Source of the DNA: Calditrichia bacterium
GTDB taxonomy: Bacteria > Calditrichota > Calditrichia > RBG-13-44-9 > J075
Direction: 5' to 3'
Assembly: GCA_028284445.1 (NCBI GenBank)
Contig: JANQRS010000052.1
Coordinates: 22,988-86,987 of the forward strand
DNA length: 64,000 nt
Position 1 is the first letter of the stretch, and every line of letters starts with the position of its first letter. This document shows, piece after piece, positions 9,201-17,572 of this stretch. The translations under genes were made by a program, and so were the position numbers. Under the pieces are notes generated by a model. It did no database searches and had not been told where the DNA came from. It saw nothing but the letters and a program-made list of their open reading frames with translations.

Positions 9201-10615
9201 CGCCGCAGACCTTCCAGGAAGCTGGACAGCGCACAGGTGGCACCATTCAGACGCGCAAAGATCGCGGTGGCTATTCAGTTGAAGCGTTGACCGGCTTTAA
9301 TGTCTATCGCTCCGAAGACAGCCTCACTTATTCGATCATTGCCACTGTTGATGACAGCACTTTCAACTATGTTGATGAAACAGCTGTTAATGGCGTAACA
9401 TATTATTACTACCTGACATCCGTTTATGATGAAGGCGAAAGTGGCCCGTCCAATGTCGTTTCTGCGACACCGAGCGGCACGCCACCGGAAGCCCAGCTTG
9501 CCTTAAATCATACGCCGGGTGATTTAAATGCGGCGATTTACAACGACGGTTTTATCGGTACAGAAGGATCCGGATTCACCGGTAGCGGTGTAACCTGGCG
9601 AGGCGTAAACGGACTGTTCTCAGGTGGCTTGATCTTCGGTTCATCCGTGCAGGCCAGCGTGAACGGACATGTGCCAAGCCTTGGTCTGAATACAGATGTC
9701 GTGAACGTGACCAGCGATTTCGCCGCAGGTTTCGAATCGACAGCTGACTTTGATCAGGTGACAACCGCTTATCTGAACGATGAAGGCGCAGTAACGCCTT
9801 ATGATGTCCAGATCATCCAAAGATCCTACTCCAATACCGGTGATGATTACGTCTTTATCCGCTATGGATTTGTCAATGAATCCGGCGCTGAACTGACGGA
9901 TTTTTACTCCGGTATTTTCGTAGACTGGGATGTTGATAATTTCGGCACCAACGTCGGTGGCGTTGAGACCGGTTATCAGCTTGTCTACACCCGGGATCTA
10001 GGTGACGCCTATTATGGCTTTGCCTCTATGGATGGACTCTCCGGTGCCCGTGCTACAACAGATGGCGCCACTGCCACTGCGCGCACAGACTCTTATACCT
10101 TCATTACCACCTTCGACGAGACAGCGCCTGATAGTGGCGATGTGCGGACCTGGGGTGGAACAAGCATTGGAAACATCGCTGCTGGTGATACTGCCTGGGT
10201 AACCTGGGCAATGGTTGCCGGTGACGATCTGGCTCAGATCCAGGCCAATGCTGCAGCCGCCAATACCCGTGCATTTGAATTGGGTTGGATTGAAGATATA
10301 ACTGTTGGTATCGAAGACGAAACCCTGGGCTTGCCGACGGAGTTTGCTCTGGACCAGAACTATCCGAATCCGTTTAACCCGACAACGACGATTGAGTATG
10401 CGCTCAAGACTCGGGTCGACGTGAAACTGGAAATCTACAACGTTCTTGGTCAGTTGGTGAAAACATTGGTGAACGAAAATCAGGCAGCCGGCTTTAAGCA
10501 GGCTATCTGGGACGGCACCAACAACTTCGGGCAGAAAGCTGCCAGCGGTCTGTATGTTTACCGCATCGAAGCAGGTGATTTTGTCAAGTCCAAGAAGATG
10601 ATCTTCCTGAAGTAA
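6224..10615 (+). CDS. Large secreted protein: two tandem LTD-like repeats, cleaved-adhesin-like domain, interrupted FN3 domain, FlgD-Ig/T9SS-like C-terminal domain
   Basis: GGAGG RBS before ATG 6224 and a signal peptide. Two ~256-aa repeats begin KLLISE. ESFEGGNFPPVGWS...NDQYLISPQL is cleaved-adhesin-like. FN3 halves PPLNVDAIVGDSQIELTW and GFNVYRS..YVDETAVNGVTYYY. C-terminal QNYPNPFNPTTTI...ASGLYVYRI..KKMIFLK. Confidence 0.8.
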   Translation: MRVVTKAGALLWVCLLLIGSVSFLQAQSKLLISEIVVTPTGGEFAEIYNPGADSVDLSDYYLTDATFQGGGTFYYQIVEGGGGGGGFGDFHARFPSGATIAPGEYQTVAMNGTDFVTEYGVQPTYELYDTDSTITDMLEAVAGSINGQGGFTNGDEVCILYYWDGASDLVVDVDYLLYNAGSPAANNESVSKTGVSIDGPDADTDSSTYLDEVADSLQISALNHGFGFSLHRIDYSEGTQDTTGGNGVGGRDETSENLDVTFTNNSIPSPNAAWKNPPAENNAVKLLISEFVVTPTEGEYIEIYNPGIDTVALDDVYLTDATFQTGGTFYYQIVEDGGGGGGFGDFHARFPEGASILPGEYQTIAMDGAAFDTTYGVSPTYELYDTDSTIADMREAVEGSINGQGGLTNGDEVIILYYWNGVNDLVVDLDYVLYNQNSPAANNESVDKTGVSIDGPDEDSSPTTYLPDTADSLQTSAPNHGFGFSVHRIDYSEGTQTTIDGNGVDGGDETSENLDVTFTSNSIPSPNAGWDVPRNEVAYTESFEGGNFPPVGWSTANPDGGTGWIQVADSTSPIPGWTGGTITVPEGGGNFVAFATWNTGGATSNDQYLISPQLLDVQAGDFFELYLRYWPNTFADNVDILLSTTDTDPASFDIAVANLQFPDDDTTETWIAYSYDLTDYVDAGSDVYVAVREFVADNYADGASISMDLFSTSAAVDTTVTTFGNPPLNVDAIVGDSQIELTWVEPIGLNEIAYDDGVSDQQIGFAATGESAVRFTPRSYPTTLLGIRTTWHDVAGALDNVEYSVWENTTGGDAAPASEVLANMPYTVTVRGDWSEVDVAADSLEFTEGDFYISWVQPDTINYGLGFDNNSGDAGRSWISFDDGVTWSKVSQFNLPYNFMIRAIVQEGTGANAKIVELAPGGVVIAEKSLDGTMVMRDRDNGMVVDQQDVADFGAEMRARAAARAENDRRGALENLTSVDKVTKYKKSAHLFAPQTFQEAGQRTGGTIQTRKDRGGYSVEALTGFNVYRSEDSLTYSIIATVDDSTFNYVDETAVNGVTYYYYLTSVYDEGESGPSNVVSATPSGTPPEAQLALNHTPGDLNAAIYNDGFIGTEGSGFTGSGVTWRGVNGLFSGGLIFGSSVQASVNGHVPSLGLNTDVVNVTSDFAAGFESTADFDQVTTAYLNDEGAVTPYDVQIIQRSYSNTGDDYVFIRYGFVNESGAELTDFYSGIFVDWDVDNFGTNVGGVETGYQLVYTRDLGDAYYGFASMDGLSGARATTDGATATARTDSYTFITTFDETAPDSGDVRTWGGTSIGNIAAGDTAWVTWAMVAGDDLAQIQANAAAANTRAFELGWIEDITVGIEDETLGLPTEFALDQNYPNPFNPTTTIEYALKTRVDVKLEIYNVLGQLVKTLVNENQAAGFKQAIWDGTNNFGQKAASGLYVYRIEAGDFVKSKKMIFLK
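6308..7808 (+). repeat. Internal tandem duplication (period 768 nt, 256 aa) encoding two LTD-like domains
   Basis: Units start near 6308 and 7076 and share long near-identical peptides: LTDATFQxGGTFYYQIVExGGGGGGFGDFHARFP, GSINGQGG, SPAANNESV, HRIDYSEGTQ, DETSENLDVTFT. Confidence 0.9.
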
Positions 10616-10623
10616 GACTTACT

Positions 10624-10650
10624 TATTGCGGGGCCGATGGCCCCGCAATA
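10624..10650. terminator. Probable bidirectional intrinsic terminator between convergent genes
   Basis: Perfect 12-bp stem TATTGCGGGGCC-GAT-GGCCCCGCAATA between the stops at 10615 (+) and 10652 (-). Confidence 0.8.
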
Positions 10651-10651
10651 T

Positions 10652-11635
10652 TTATTCACTGTGATTAAGCGTTAAAGCCAGCCGCTCTTCCTGATAATCA
10701 AATACAACCGTAAAGTGCCGCAAGAATCCTCTGCCGATAGTGCCAATCGTGTCATTGTCCCCTTCGCTGCCCAATGTGCCGGGAATCTTAAAACGCACTG
10801 TTGGATTGTTGAACTGCCTTCCACCGAATTTGAACCAGGCGATTTTTCCCGAAAATTCATCAGTGTCACCACACAATCTACTATTGCGCTTGCGGGTCAC
10901 CTGTCGATTCTCCAGAAGATTGTGTGCTTCGATAAAGCCAGTGTATAAACTTAAACTGCCGCCTTTGCCGGTATCCAGCAAAAAATCACCACTGAGATTG
11001 CCTTCCAGAGACGCACGCACCACAGGCTTTTGGTCGCGTAGGTCCATCTCTTGCCAGGAGATCCGCTCGTTGTCGAATGTTGCCGGATCGAAGAGGGAAA
11101 TGCGATCGAGTGTGTCGCCGTATTTGATTTGAACAATTGCTGCCTCAAAGAGTGGCGCGCCAATAATGCCGGCCAGCTCCACATCGCCTTGAATGCGTTG
11201 ATTTAGGCTCGACAAGTCAAGCGAGGCCAGGATTGCCTCATCAAGGCGCAAGCGACCGAGCTCCAGACTGGCATCACTTAGAAAAGAGACCGGCATGTTG
11301 CATTCCGGAATCCTGGCGCTGCCAACCGATGGCAGATCCAGCTTTGCGGCATGCCGTCGGTCAATAACAAGAACCGGCGAACCGGTGTCCAGGGCGAACC
11401 AACCCAAATCGCGCCCATTAACTTGCGGCCGCACCAAGTCGATGGCAATTGTATCACCATCCTGCGCAACCCATAAGGTTTTTGAATCCACTTCCGCAGC
11501 GATGTCATTGCGGAAGCTTGCTTCCGGGCTGCTTAGCAAGTGGCATGAGCCGGTCAAAAGAGCGAGCAATAAGAATGCCGGGAGATAACGAAGACCAGGC
11601 CTTCGCGAATGGAGTGGAATGGTCATGTCGCTCAT
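10652..11635 (-). CDS. Retropepsin-like aspartic protease with two DTG domains in one chain; probable lipoprotein
   Basis: FALDTGS and FLLDTGK motifs, GIIG and GTIGRGFL..F.VVFDY, lipobox-like LLTGSC. Confidence 0.8.
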   Translation of the reverse strand: MSDMTIPLHSRRPGLRYLPAFLLLALLTGSCHLLSSPEASFRNDIAAEVDSKTLWVAQDGDTIAIDLVRPQVNGRDLGWFALDTGSPVLVIDRRHAAKLDLPSVGSARIPECNMPVSFLSDASLELGRLRLDEAILASLDLSSLNQRIQGDVELAGIIGAPLFEAAIVQIKYGDTLDRISLFDPATFDNERISWQEMDLRDQKPVVRASLEGNLSGDFLLDTGKGGSLSLYTGFIEAHNLLENRQVTRKRNSRLCGDTDEFSGKIAWFKFGGRQFNNPTVRFKIPGTLGSEGDNDTIGTIGRGFLRHFTVVFDYQEERLALTLNHSE

Positions 11636-12072
11636 TCCGGTTTCGCGGTGGAGGTTAAGACGCTAACGATGACCCAGCTGCCATCGCTGATTTTGGACAG
11701 GCAAATAAAGGAATAGAACACCGCCTTTTCGGAAGTTAGCTGGACTTGCGCAACCGCATTTTTCTTCTGTTTATCAATTTCAATAGACTGAATATCAACC
11801 GATCGGGGGATGCCGCCAATTTTTCCAGCAGCCAAGAGGCTGGCATATTGCTCCGAGGTAACAATAAACAACCCGCCTTCGAATCTGTCACTGGTAACAT
11901 ACTGTCTTGCGTCTTTATGCAGAACTGCATTCGCAAGCGTAACATCCCGCTTGTCTCCGGAAAGAGAAAATTTCTTGATCATTTCTTTAATGTCTGCCTC
12001 GTCGGAAGGGGGGCCGCTCAGCAGGACGGTGCTGAACATCAGGATGCATAGAAAGTGCAATATTGTTTTCAT
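11632..12072 (-). CDS. Exported NTF2-like (putative lumazine-binding family) protein
   Basis: Signal peptide; small alpha/beta protein with D...LHKDA, IQSIEID, AVAQV and GSWVIVS. ATGA overlap with the protease gene. Confidence 0.65.
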   Translation of the reverse strand: MKTILHFLCILMFSTVLLSGPPSDEADIKEMIKKFSLSGDKRDVTLANAVLHKDARQYVTSDRFEGGLFIVTSEQYASLLAAGKIGGIPRSVDIQSIEIDKQKKNAVAQVQLTSEKAVFYSFICLSKISDGSWVIVSVLTSTAKPE

Positions 12073-12157
12073 CAGTTTCCTCTCGTGCCATAGAATTATC
12101 GTTCAGATGATTTATGACAATGATAGCATCGGAGAAATGAAAACAAAGCTCAATAGC

Positions 12158-12207
12158 GTGGTTGGCAGATACGTGTTGGGAACGGCTGGAATCCTATCGT
12201 GAATAGC
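12158..12207 (-). promoter_or_regulatory. Putative LytTR-binding direct repeats upstream of the NTF2/protease operon
   Basis: On the minus strand GCTATTCAC, GCCGTTCCC and GCCAACCAC; plus-strand starts 12199, 12178, 12158 (spacing 21 and 20 nt). They lie immediately downstream of the LytTR gene. Confidence 0.5.
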
Positions 12208-12229
12208 AGAGCGGAACCCGAATATTACC

Positions 12230-13039
12230 TTAGGACAGCCAGGGAATGAGTGCCTGGAGGGCTTGCCGGCGATGCCTGCTCAGCTTCAGACGGGTCTTAT
12301 TCCTCAATACGACGGTGTAATCACCGGTTGCAGTTGGTAGTAGCTCCTCAATTTGCTCGATATTAACAATGGCAGAACGATGTATGCGGCAAAACTGTTG
12401 CGGATCCAGCTGTGTCTCTAGTTTACCCAGCGCTTGACGGATCAGGTAGCTGTCTCCATTGCTATGAAGTTTGACATATTGATCAGCCGCCTCTATCCAA
12501 TCCAACTCAGACACCTTGATGAAACGAATTCTGCCGGCGGTTTTGATGGCGAGTCGCTGTAAAAAGCCGGATGCGTTTGTCGTTTGTTCTGCTCGATAAT
12601 GAGTATTTAGAAACTGACCAAGATGATCGGCAAACGCGGAGCGATTGTTCTGCGCCAATTGTTCTTTTGCTCGATTCAGAGCAAGCTGGAAGCGAGCATC
12701 ATCGAAGGGCTTCAGCAAATAGTCCAGCGCATTTACTTCGAACGCCTTCAAGGCGTACTTTTCATAGGCGGTGACAAATACAACTTGGGGCCATTCACTT
12801 TTGTCAAGTTCCTGCAGCATCGCAAAGCCATCCATCTCCGGCATCTGCACATCAAGGAATATGAGCGCCGGGCGCTGATGACGAATCGCCGCGGCCGCTT
12901 CAAACCCATTTCCAAATTCTCCGCTGATTTCGATGTCCGCATCCTTGCTTAGCAAGAGGCGCAGCGTTGCTCTGGCCATCGGCTCATCATCAATAATGAA
13001 TGTTTTGTATGGTGGTGCTATTCGCCCGGACATCTTCAC
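12230..13039 (-). CDS. LytTR-family response regulator
   Basis: REC domain (IIDDE, FLDVQMP, FVTAY, DYLLKP) plus LytTR domain (WIEAADQYVKLH, FCRIHRSAIVN, LSR). Confidence 0.95.
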   Translation of the reverse strand: MKMSGRIAPPYKTFIIDDEPMARATLRLLLSKDADIEISGEFGNGFEAAAAIRHQRPALIFLDVQMPEMDGFAMLQELDKSEWPQVVFVTAYEKYALKAFEVNALDYLLKPFDDARFQLALNRAKEQLAQNNRSAFADHLGQFLNTHYRAEQTTNASGFLQRLAIKTAGRIRFIKVSELDWIEAADQYVKLHSNGDSYLIRQALGKLETQLDPQQFCRIHRSAIVNIEQIEELLPTATGDYTVVLRNKTRLKLSRHRRQALQALIPWLS

Positions 13040-14208
13040 TCCACAAAGGTTTCAAAAGGAATTGTTATGACCGCCTCGACACCCGTATCACCGCGATTTC
13101 TCATCTTTAAATGTGCTGCTCGACCGTAGATTTGCCGCAATCGCTGGACAGTGTTGCTCAAACCAACGTTATTCTGTTGGGACAGCTGCCAATCATTTGC
13201 CAGCACGGGGCCATCATTATAGATGGTTAATTTCAAATCATGCCCGTCGATTGCTGAGGAAATGGTCAGTTGTTCAGCGGATCGCAACTTGTCGAAACCA
13301 TGAACAATGGCGTTTTCAACCACAGGCTGCAATATAAATATCGGCACTTCTGCGCTTAATGTTTCCGGAGCTATCAACATCTCTACCTTCAATCGGTCCT
13401 CGAAGCGAATTTTTTGGATCGCTAAATAGCGTTCCACAATGGCAAGCTCTTCCTTGAGAGAAACAGACTGCTTGTCAGCCTTATCCAGTGAAGTACGCAA
13501 GAGTTCGCTGAGACCTGCGATCATTTCAACCGCTACTGTCTTTTTATCATGCCGAATGAGGCCGCCGATTGTATGCAAGGTATTGAAAAGAAAATGCGGA
13601 TTGAGCTGGCTTTGCAGGGTTTTCAACTGTGCCTGAACCAGTGCTTTTTCCAGGGCGATTGCTTCAATTTCTCCAAGACGATATTTCTCGTAATAGTCGA
13701 AGGCGTAACCGATGCCGAGAACCAGCCAGTAAATGAGAAAATCCCAATGAAACAGGTTGATAAAAATCCCGAGATAAGTACCGACAAATCTGTTGACGGT
13801 AAATTCCATATCGGTAACGAAGCCAAAGATCCATGTGTAAGCAAATAGATAAGCCAATACCAGGATTACGCTTAGGAACAGGTGGATACAGAAGCCGCGC
13901 AGCCAATTTGGCAATTCAATCCGGAATTTCCGGCCAAGATGGTGTATGATCGGCGTAATTGCTGCCCACAATGCCCATACCAGGAACTGTGTCAGGAAAA
14001 TATTCCACCACGACGCTTCTTCGCCCTTACTAATCGCATTGAGGTAGAATGAATTGGTCGATAGCAGTGCCGGCACCAACCATAAGACTGCCAGGTATTT
14101 CTTGTGCTTGAAAACCGTTGCTATGGCAGCTGCTTCCGGCCTGGCTTTTTTTAAATCGCTATTTTCCATGATTGACAATAACATAGCCAGTGGATTGATC
14201 GCATGCAA
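13036..14208 (-). CDS. LytS/YehU-type membrane sensor histidine kinase
   Basis: N-terminal TM helices; LQSQLNPHFLFNTLH; ILQPVVENAIVHG; YNDGP; GLSN. The true start may be a downstream Met. Confidence 0.93.
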   Translation of the reverse strand: MHAINPLAMLLSIMENSDLKKARPEAAAIATVFKHKKYLAVLWLVPALLSTNSFYLNAISKGEEASWWNIFLTQFLVWALWAAITPIIHHLGRKFRIELPNWLRGFCIHLFLSVILVLAYLFAYTWIFGFVTDMEFTVNRFVGTYLGIFINLFHWDFLIYWLVLGIGYAFDYYEKYRLGEIEAIALEKALVQAQLKTLQSQLNPHFLFNTLHTIGGLIRHDKKTVAVEMIAGLSELLRTSLDKADKQSVSLKEELAIVERYLAIQKIRFEDRLKVEMLIAPETLSAEVPIFILQPVVENAIVHGFDKLRSAEQLTISSAIDGHDLKLTIYNDGPVLANDWQLSQQNNVGLSNTVQRLRQIYGRAAHLKMRNRGDTGVEAVITIPFETFVE

Positions 14209-14220
14209 CGGCCGGTCTGT

Positions 14221-15075
14221 TTAGAGGATCATCAATAATTCGCGAAGTGCTTTCGAGGCAACAATGGCGGAGCGACCGCTGGGATCTATTTTCGGGGCGA
14301 GTTCGACAACATCACAAGCGACAATGTTCAAGTTGGTAATTGCGGTGAGGAATTCAATATAGGCATCGAAGAAGATGCCACCGGCTTCAGGGGTCCCGGT
14401 CCCCGGCAAGAGCGATGGATCAAAGACGTCGAGATCAATGGTGAGGTAAACCGGCTTGTTGCCGATGCGCTCAGCATAGGTGCGGATCGCATCTAAAGTG
14501 AATTTACAAAATGAGGTCTGCTTTGCGGCAAAATCAAATTCTTCCCGGCTGCCGCTGCGAATGCCAAGCTGATAAAGACATTTGGGTTCATTGAGAGTGT
14601 CATATGCACGGCGCATGACAGTGCCATGCGATAGACGGTCACCAAATAAAGAGTCCATCAAGTCCAGGTGGGCATCAATCTGTATGATCTGTAAATCCGG
14701 AAAGTGCTTGATCCCTTGCTCGATGATCGGCAGTGAAATCAAGTGCTCGCCGCCGATAAAGCAGGGTAGCTTTTGCGCTTCAAACAAAGTCGATGCGCTG
14801 TCGGCAATCAGCTGCAGCGCCCGCTGCTTGTCGCCGATCGGCAAATCGATGTCACCGGCATCGTGTATCGGCAAATCTAGCAGGTCTTTTTCGAAATAGG
14901 GACTGTAGGTTTCCTGGGAATAAAGCGTTTCAGCGCGAATTGCCTGTGGCCCAAATCGTGATCCGGCACGATAGCTGGATGTACCATCGTAGCCGGCGCC
15001 GACCAATACCACCTGCGCCTCGTCGAAACTTGCCTCACATCCGTCAAACACAGCCTGGCGGATCATATTATCCAT
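14221..15075 (-). CDS. speB: Agmatinase (ureohydrolase family)
   Basis: GSRFGPQAIR, GGEH, DAHLD, SHGT, DLDVFDPS..PGTGTPE, DVVELAP; adjacent to speE. Confidence 0.9.
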   Translation of the reverse strand: MDNMIRQAVFDGCEASFDEAQVVLVGAGYDGTSSYRAGSRFGPQAIRAETLYSQETYSPYFEKDLLDLPIHDAGDIDLPIGDKQRALQLIADSASTLFEAQKLPCFIGGEHLISLPIIEQGIKHFPDLQIIQIDAHLDLMDSLFGDRLSHGTVMRRAYDTLNEPKCLYQLGIRSGSREEFDFAAKQTSFCKFTLDAIRTYAERIGNKPVYLTIDLDVFDPSLLPGTGTPEAGGIFFDAYIEFLTAITNLNIVACDVVELAPKIDPSGRSAIVASKALRELLMIL

Positions 15076-15913
15076 TGCCGGTCAACCTGCTAAAGAATGT
15101 CGGGATTTGAAAAGCGCCGCTGTGCACCGCCTCATTATAGTAATTCAGAGAAAGATTGGCAGCCTTTATACGTTGGCTGTCGAAATCCTTCAACGGATGC
15201 GGACCTTTGCTTGCAAAGCCAAAGACCCAATGACCGGACGGATAGGTTGGTATATGTGCCTGGAAATAATGCACTGCCGGAAAAATCGATCTGAGTTTGG
15301 CTGAGATACCTTCCACCAAACTCGGCAGCCATGCCGGCGATTCGCTTTGGTTGACCAAAATGCCGTCATCTGTCAATAAGTTGAAGCAATCCTGATAAAA
15401 ATCCCGTGTGAACAGGCCTTCACCAACGGCTATCGGGTCAGTAGAATCAATAATTACCACATCGTAGCGTTCTTTGGTTTCCTTTACAAATTGGACCCCG
15501 TCTTCGAAGTGGCAATTCATGCGCTCAGAAAAGACGCTGCTTGCCAGTTGCGGCATGAAGCGCAGGCAGGCCTGTGTTACCATTTCATCAATATCGACCA
15601 GGTCAATTTTCTCAACTGAAGGATGCTTCAGGCATTCGCGGGCGGTTCCGCCATCGCCACCGCCAATGATTAACACCTTCCGCGGATTCGGATGCGTAAA
15701 CAAAGGCACATGGGCAATCATCTCATGATAAACAAACTCATCACGCTCCGTTAGCATGACCATTTCATCGATGAATAAAATCCTGCCAAACGCTTTGGAT
15801 TGCACAATTTCTATTTTCTGAAAGTCGCTTTGGGCGGAGAAAAGCACGTCGTCGATTTCAAACGTAAAGGTTGAGCTCACTTCCGGGTATGATTCAAAAT
15901 AGGTTAATGCCAC
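15068..15913 (-). CDS. speE: Spermidine synthase / polyamine aminopropyltransferase
   Basis: ERDEFVYHEMIAH, VLIIGGGDGG, DVVIIDSTDP, PTYPSGHW. Confidence 0.93.
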   Translation of the reverse strand: MALTYFESYPEVSSTFTFEIDDVLFSAQSDFQKIEIVQSKAFGRILFIDEMVMLTERDEFVYHEMIAHVPLFTHPNPRKVLIIGGGDGGTARECLKHPSVEKIDLVDIDEMVTQACLRFMPQLASSVFSERMNCHFEDGVQFVKETKERYDVVIIDSTDPIAVGEGLFTRDFYQDCFNLLTDDGILVNQSESPAWLPSLVEGISAKLRSIFPAVHYFQAHIPTYPSGHWVFGFASKGPHPLKDFDSQRIKAANLSLNYYNEAVHSGAFQIPTFFSRLTGNG

Positions 15914-15915
15914 AG

Positions 15916-17364
15916 CTATTCCTCGCTTATAAAGACCGATTTGTATTCGCTGTAATGATCCAATGCCGCCATGCCCTGCTCGCGTCCAATACCGCTTTGT
16001 TTGACGCCGCCAAAGGGGGCTTCGATGTGAACGCTGCTGCTGGTATTGACCGACAGCATGCCGGTTTCCAGCGCTCTGCTGACGCGCATGGCGCGGGCGA
16101 CATCACGTGTCCAGAGGGAGCCCGACAAACCGTAGTTGCTATTGTTGGCAATTGCAACAGCCTCTGTTTCGCCATCGAAGGGCATGATGCTGACCACCGG
16201 ACCAAATACCTCTTCCTGCATGATCCGCATTTCCGGTTCGACATCAACGTAGACAACAGGGGAGAGGTAGTAACCGTTCTTCAAGGGACCATCAGCTGGT
16301 GTCTCACCGCCGGTAAGGCGCCGAGCGCCTTCGTCATCAGCTATATCGAGGTAGCCGCACACGCGTTCCCGCTGTTCGCTGCTGATCAGCGGTCCAATCT
16401 GAGTGCCGGTTTCTTCGGGCAGGCCTAGTTTTAGGTCTTTTGCCTGCGCGATAAATTGTTCTACAAAGGCTTCAAAGATTGGCCGCTCGACCAGGACCCT
16501 GCTGCGGGCGCAGCAGTCCTGACCGGTATTGTCATAGACCGCAAAAATGGAGGACTTCACGCAGGCGTCCAGATTGGCATCGGCAAAAACGATGCTGGCC
16601 GATTTTCCGCCCAGTTCCAGCGATACCCGTTTGATGTCTGTCGCTGCTTTTGCCATTACCCGCTTTCCCACCTCAGTTGAGCCGGTGAAGGATATTTTTC
16701 TGACCAGTGGATGGCCAACCAGGGCTTCCCCGGTCAGTTCGCCCGGACCGGGAACGACGTTGAGAACGCCATCCGGCAGTCCCGCTTCTTTGGCGATATC
16801 TGCCAGCGCTAGAGCGCTCAATGGTGTGATCTCCGCTGGTTTTATCACCACGGTGTTCCCCATTGCAAGGGCCGGTGCAACCTTCCAGGCAGTAATGATT
16901 AACGGGAAATTCCAGGGCACGATCAGGCCGCAGACGCCTAATGGCTCACGGAAGGTCATCAGTGAACCGTTGGCAGCACCGGGGATTGTTTGTCCGAAGA
17001 ATTTGTTGACGGCGCCGGCATAATATTCGAAGCAGTTTGCTACTGCGACCATCTCACCGGTGGCATTGCCCAACGGTTTGCCGGTATTCCTGGATTCTAT
17101 TTCGCCAAGCTCATTGCGCTTTTGACGGACTAGATTGGCCATGTTTTGCAGAATACGTCCGCGCTTGCGGCTGTTCATGCTTGCCCATTTCCCATTGCGA
17201 AAACGATCATCCGCCAGGCGAACAGCCTGGTCAACATCTGCCTCGCTGGCGCAGCTTATCTTTGCATGGACCTCGCCATTGGCCGGATTGATTAGCTCCA
17301 TCAATTCGCCATGTCCGGGAGCCTCGTTGCCGTCTATGTATAAACCATGTGTGCTGATTGACAT
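15916..17364 (-). CDS. NAD(P)-dependent aldehyde dehydrogenase, probably acting on a gamma-glutamyl-amino-aldehyde
   Basis: PWNFP, KPAE, FTGST, LELGGKS, catalytic Cys in GQDCCA, EEVFGP, PFGGVKQSG. Confidence 0.92.
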   Translation of the reverse strand: MSISTHGLYIDGNEAPGHGELMELINPANGEVHAKISCASEADVDQAVRLADDRFRNGKWASMNSRKRGRILQNMANLVRQKRNELGEIESRNTGKPLGNATGEMVAVANCFEYYAGAVNKFFGQTIPGAANGSLMTFREPLGVCGLIVPWNFPLIITAWKVAPALAMGNTVVIKPAEITPLSALALADIAKEAGLPDGVLNVVPGPGELTGEALVGHPLVRKISFTGSTEVGKRVMAKAATDIKRVSLELGGKSASIVFADANLDACVKSSIFAVYDNTGQDCCARSRVLVERPIFEAFVEQFIAQAKDLKLGLPEETGTQIGPLISSEQRERVCGYLDIADDEGARRLTGGETPADGPLKNGYYLSPVVYVDVEPEMRIMQEEVFGPVVSIMPFDGETEAVAIANNSNYGLSGSLWTRDVARAMRVSRALETGMLSVNTSSSVHIEAPFGGVKQSGIGREQGMAALDHYSEYKSVFISEE

Positions 17365-17398
17365 GTGTAAAACTCGTTGTTAAGTGTTAGATGATAGT

Positions 17399-17447
17399 TG
17401 TTAGAAACATTTAACCACTACCTGGTCTTTTGATGTGAAACGAAAAA
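17399..17447. repeat. Dispersed intergenic repeat, copy 1 (related to 19805-19850)
   Basis: GTTAGAAACATTTAACCACTACCTGGTCTTTTGATGTGAAACGAAA versus GTTAGAGACATTTGACCACTACGTGGTCTTTTAAGGTGAAAAGAAA. Confidence 0.85.
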
Positions 17448-17453
17448 TTTGAT

Positions 17454-17551
17454 ATTCGTCATTCGTCATTCGACATTCGTCATTCGACATTCGACATTCG
17501 ACATTCGTCATTCGACATTCGTCATTTGTCATTTGTCATTTGTCATTCGTC
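17454..17551. repeat. Tandem heptamer array, 14 units of ATTCGTC/ATTCGAC/ATTTGTC
   Basis: Counted directly: 14 contiguous 7-mers in the spacer between the SDR stop and the ALDH start. Confidence 0.95.
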
Positions 17552-17572
17552 AATTTATTTTTACTGCCACTA

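Noticed and set aside
17454..17551. Repeat arrays (also 19975-20016 and 32342-32412) as possible CRISPR arrays
   Set aside because: Units are contiguous 6-7-mers with no unique spacers, and there are no cas genes in the window.
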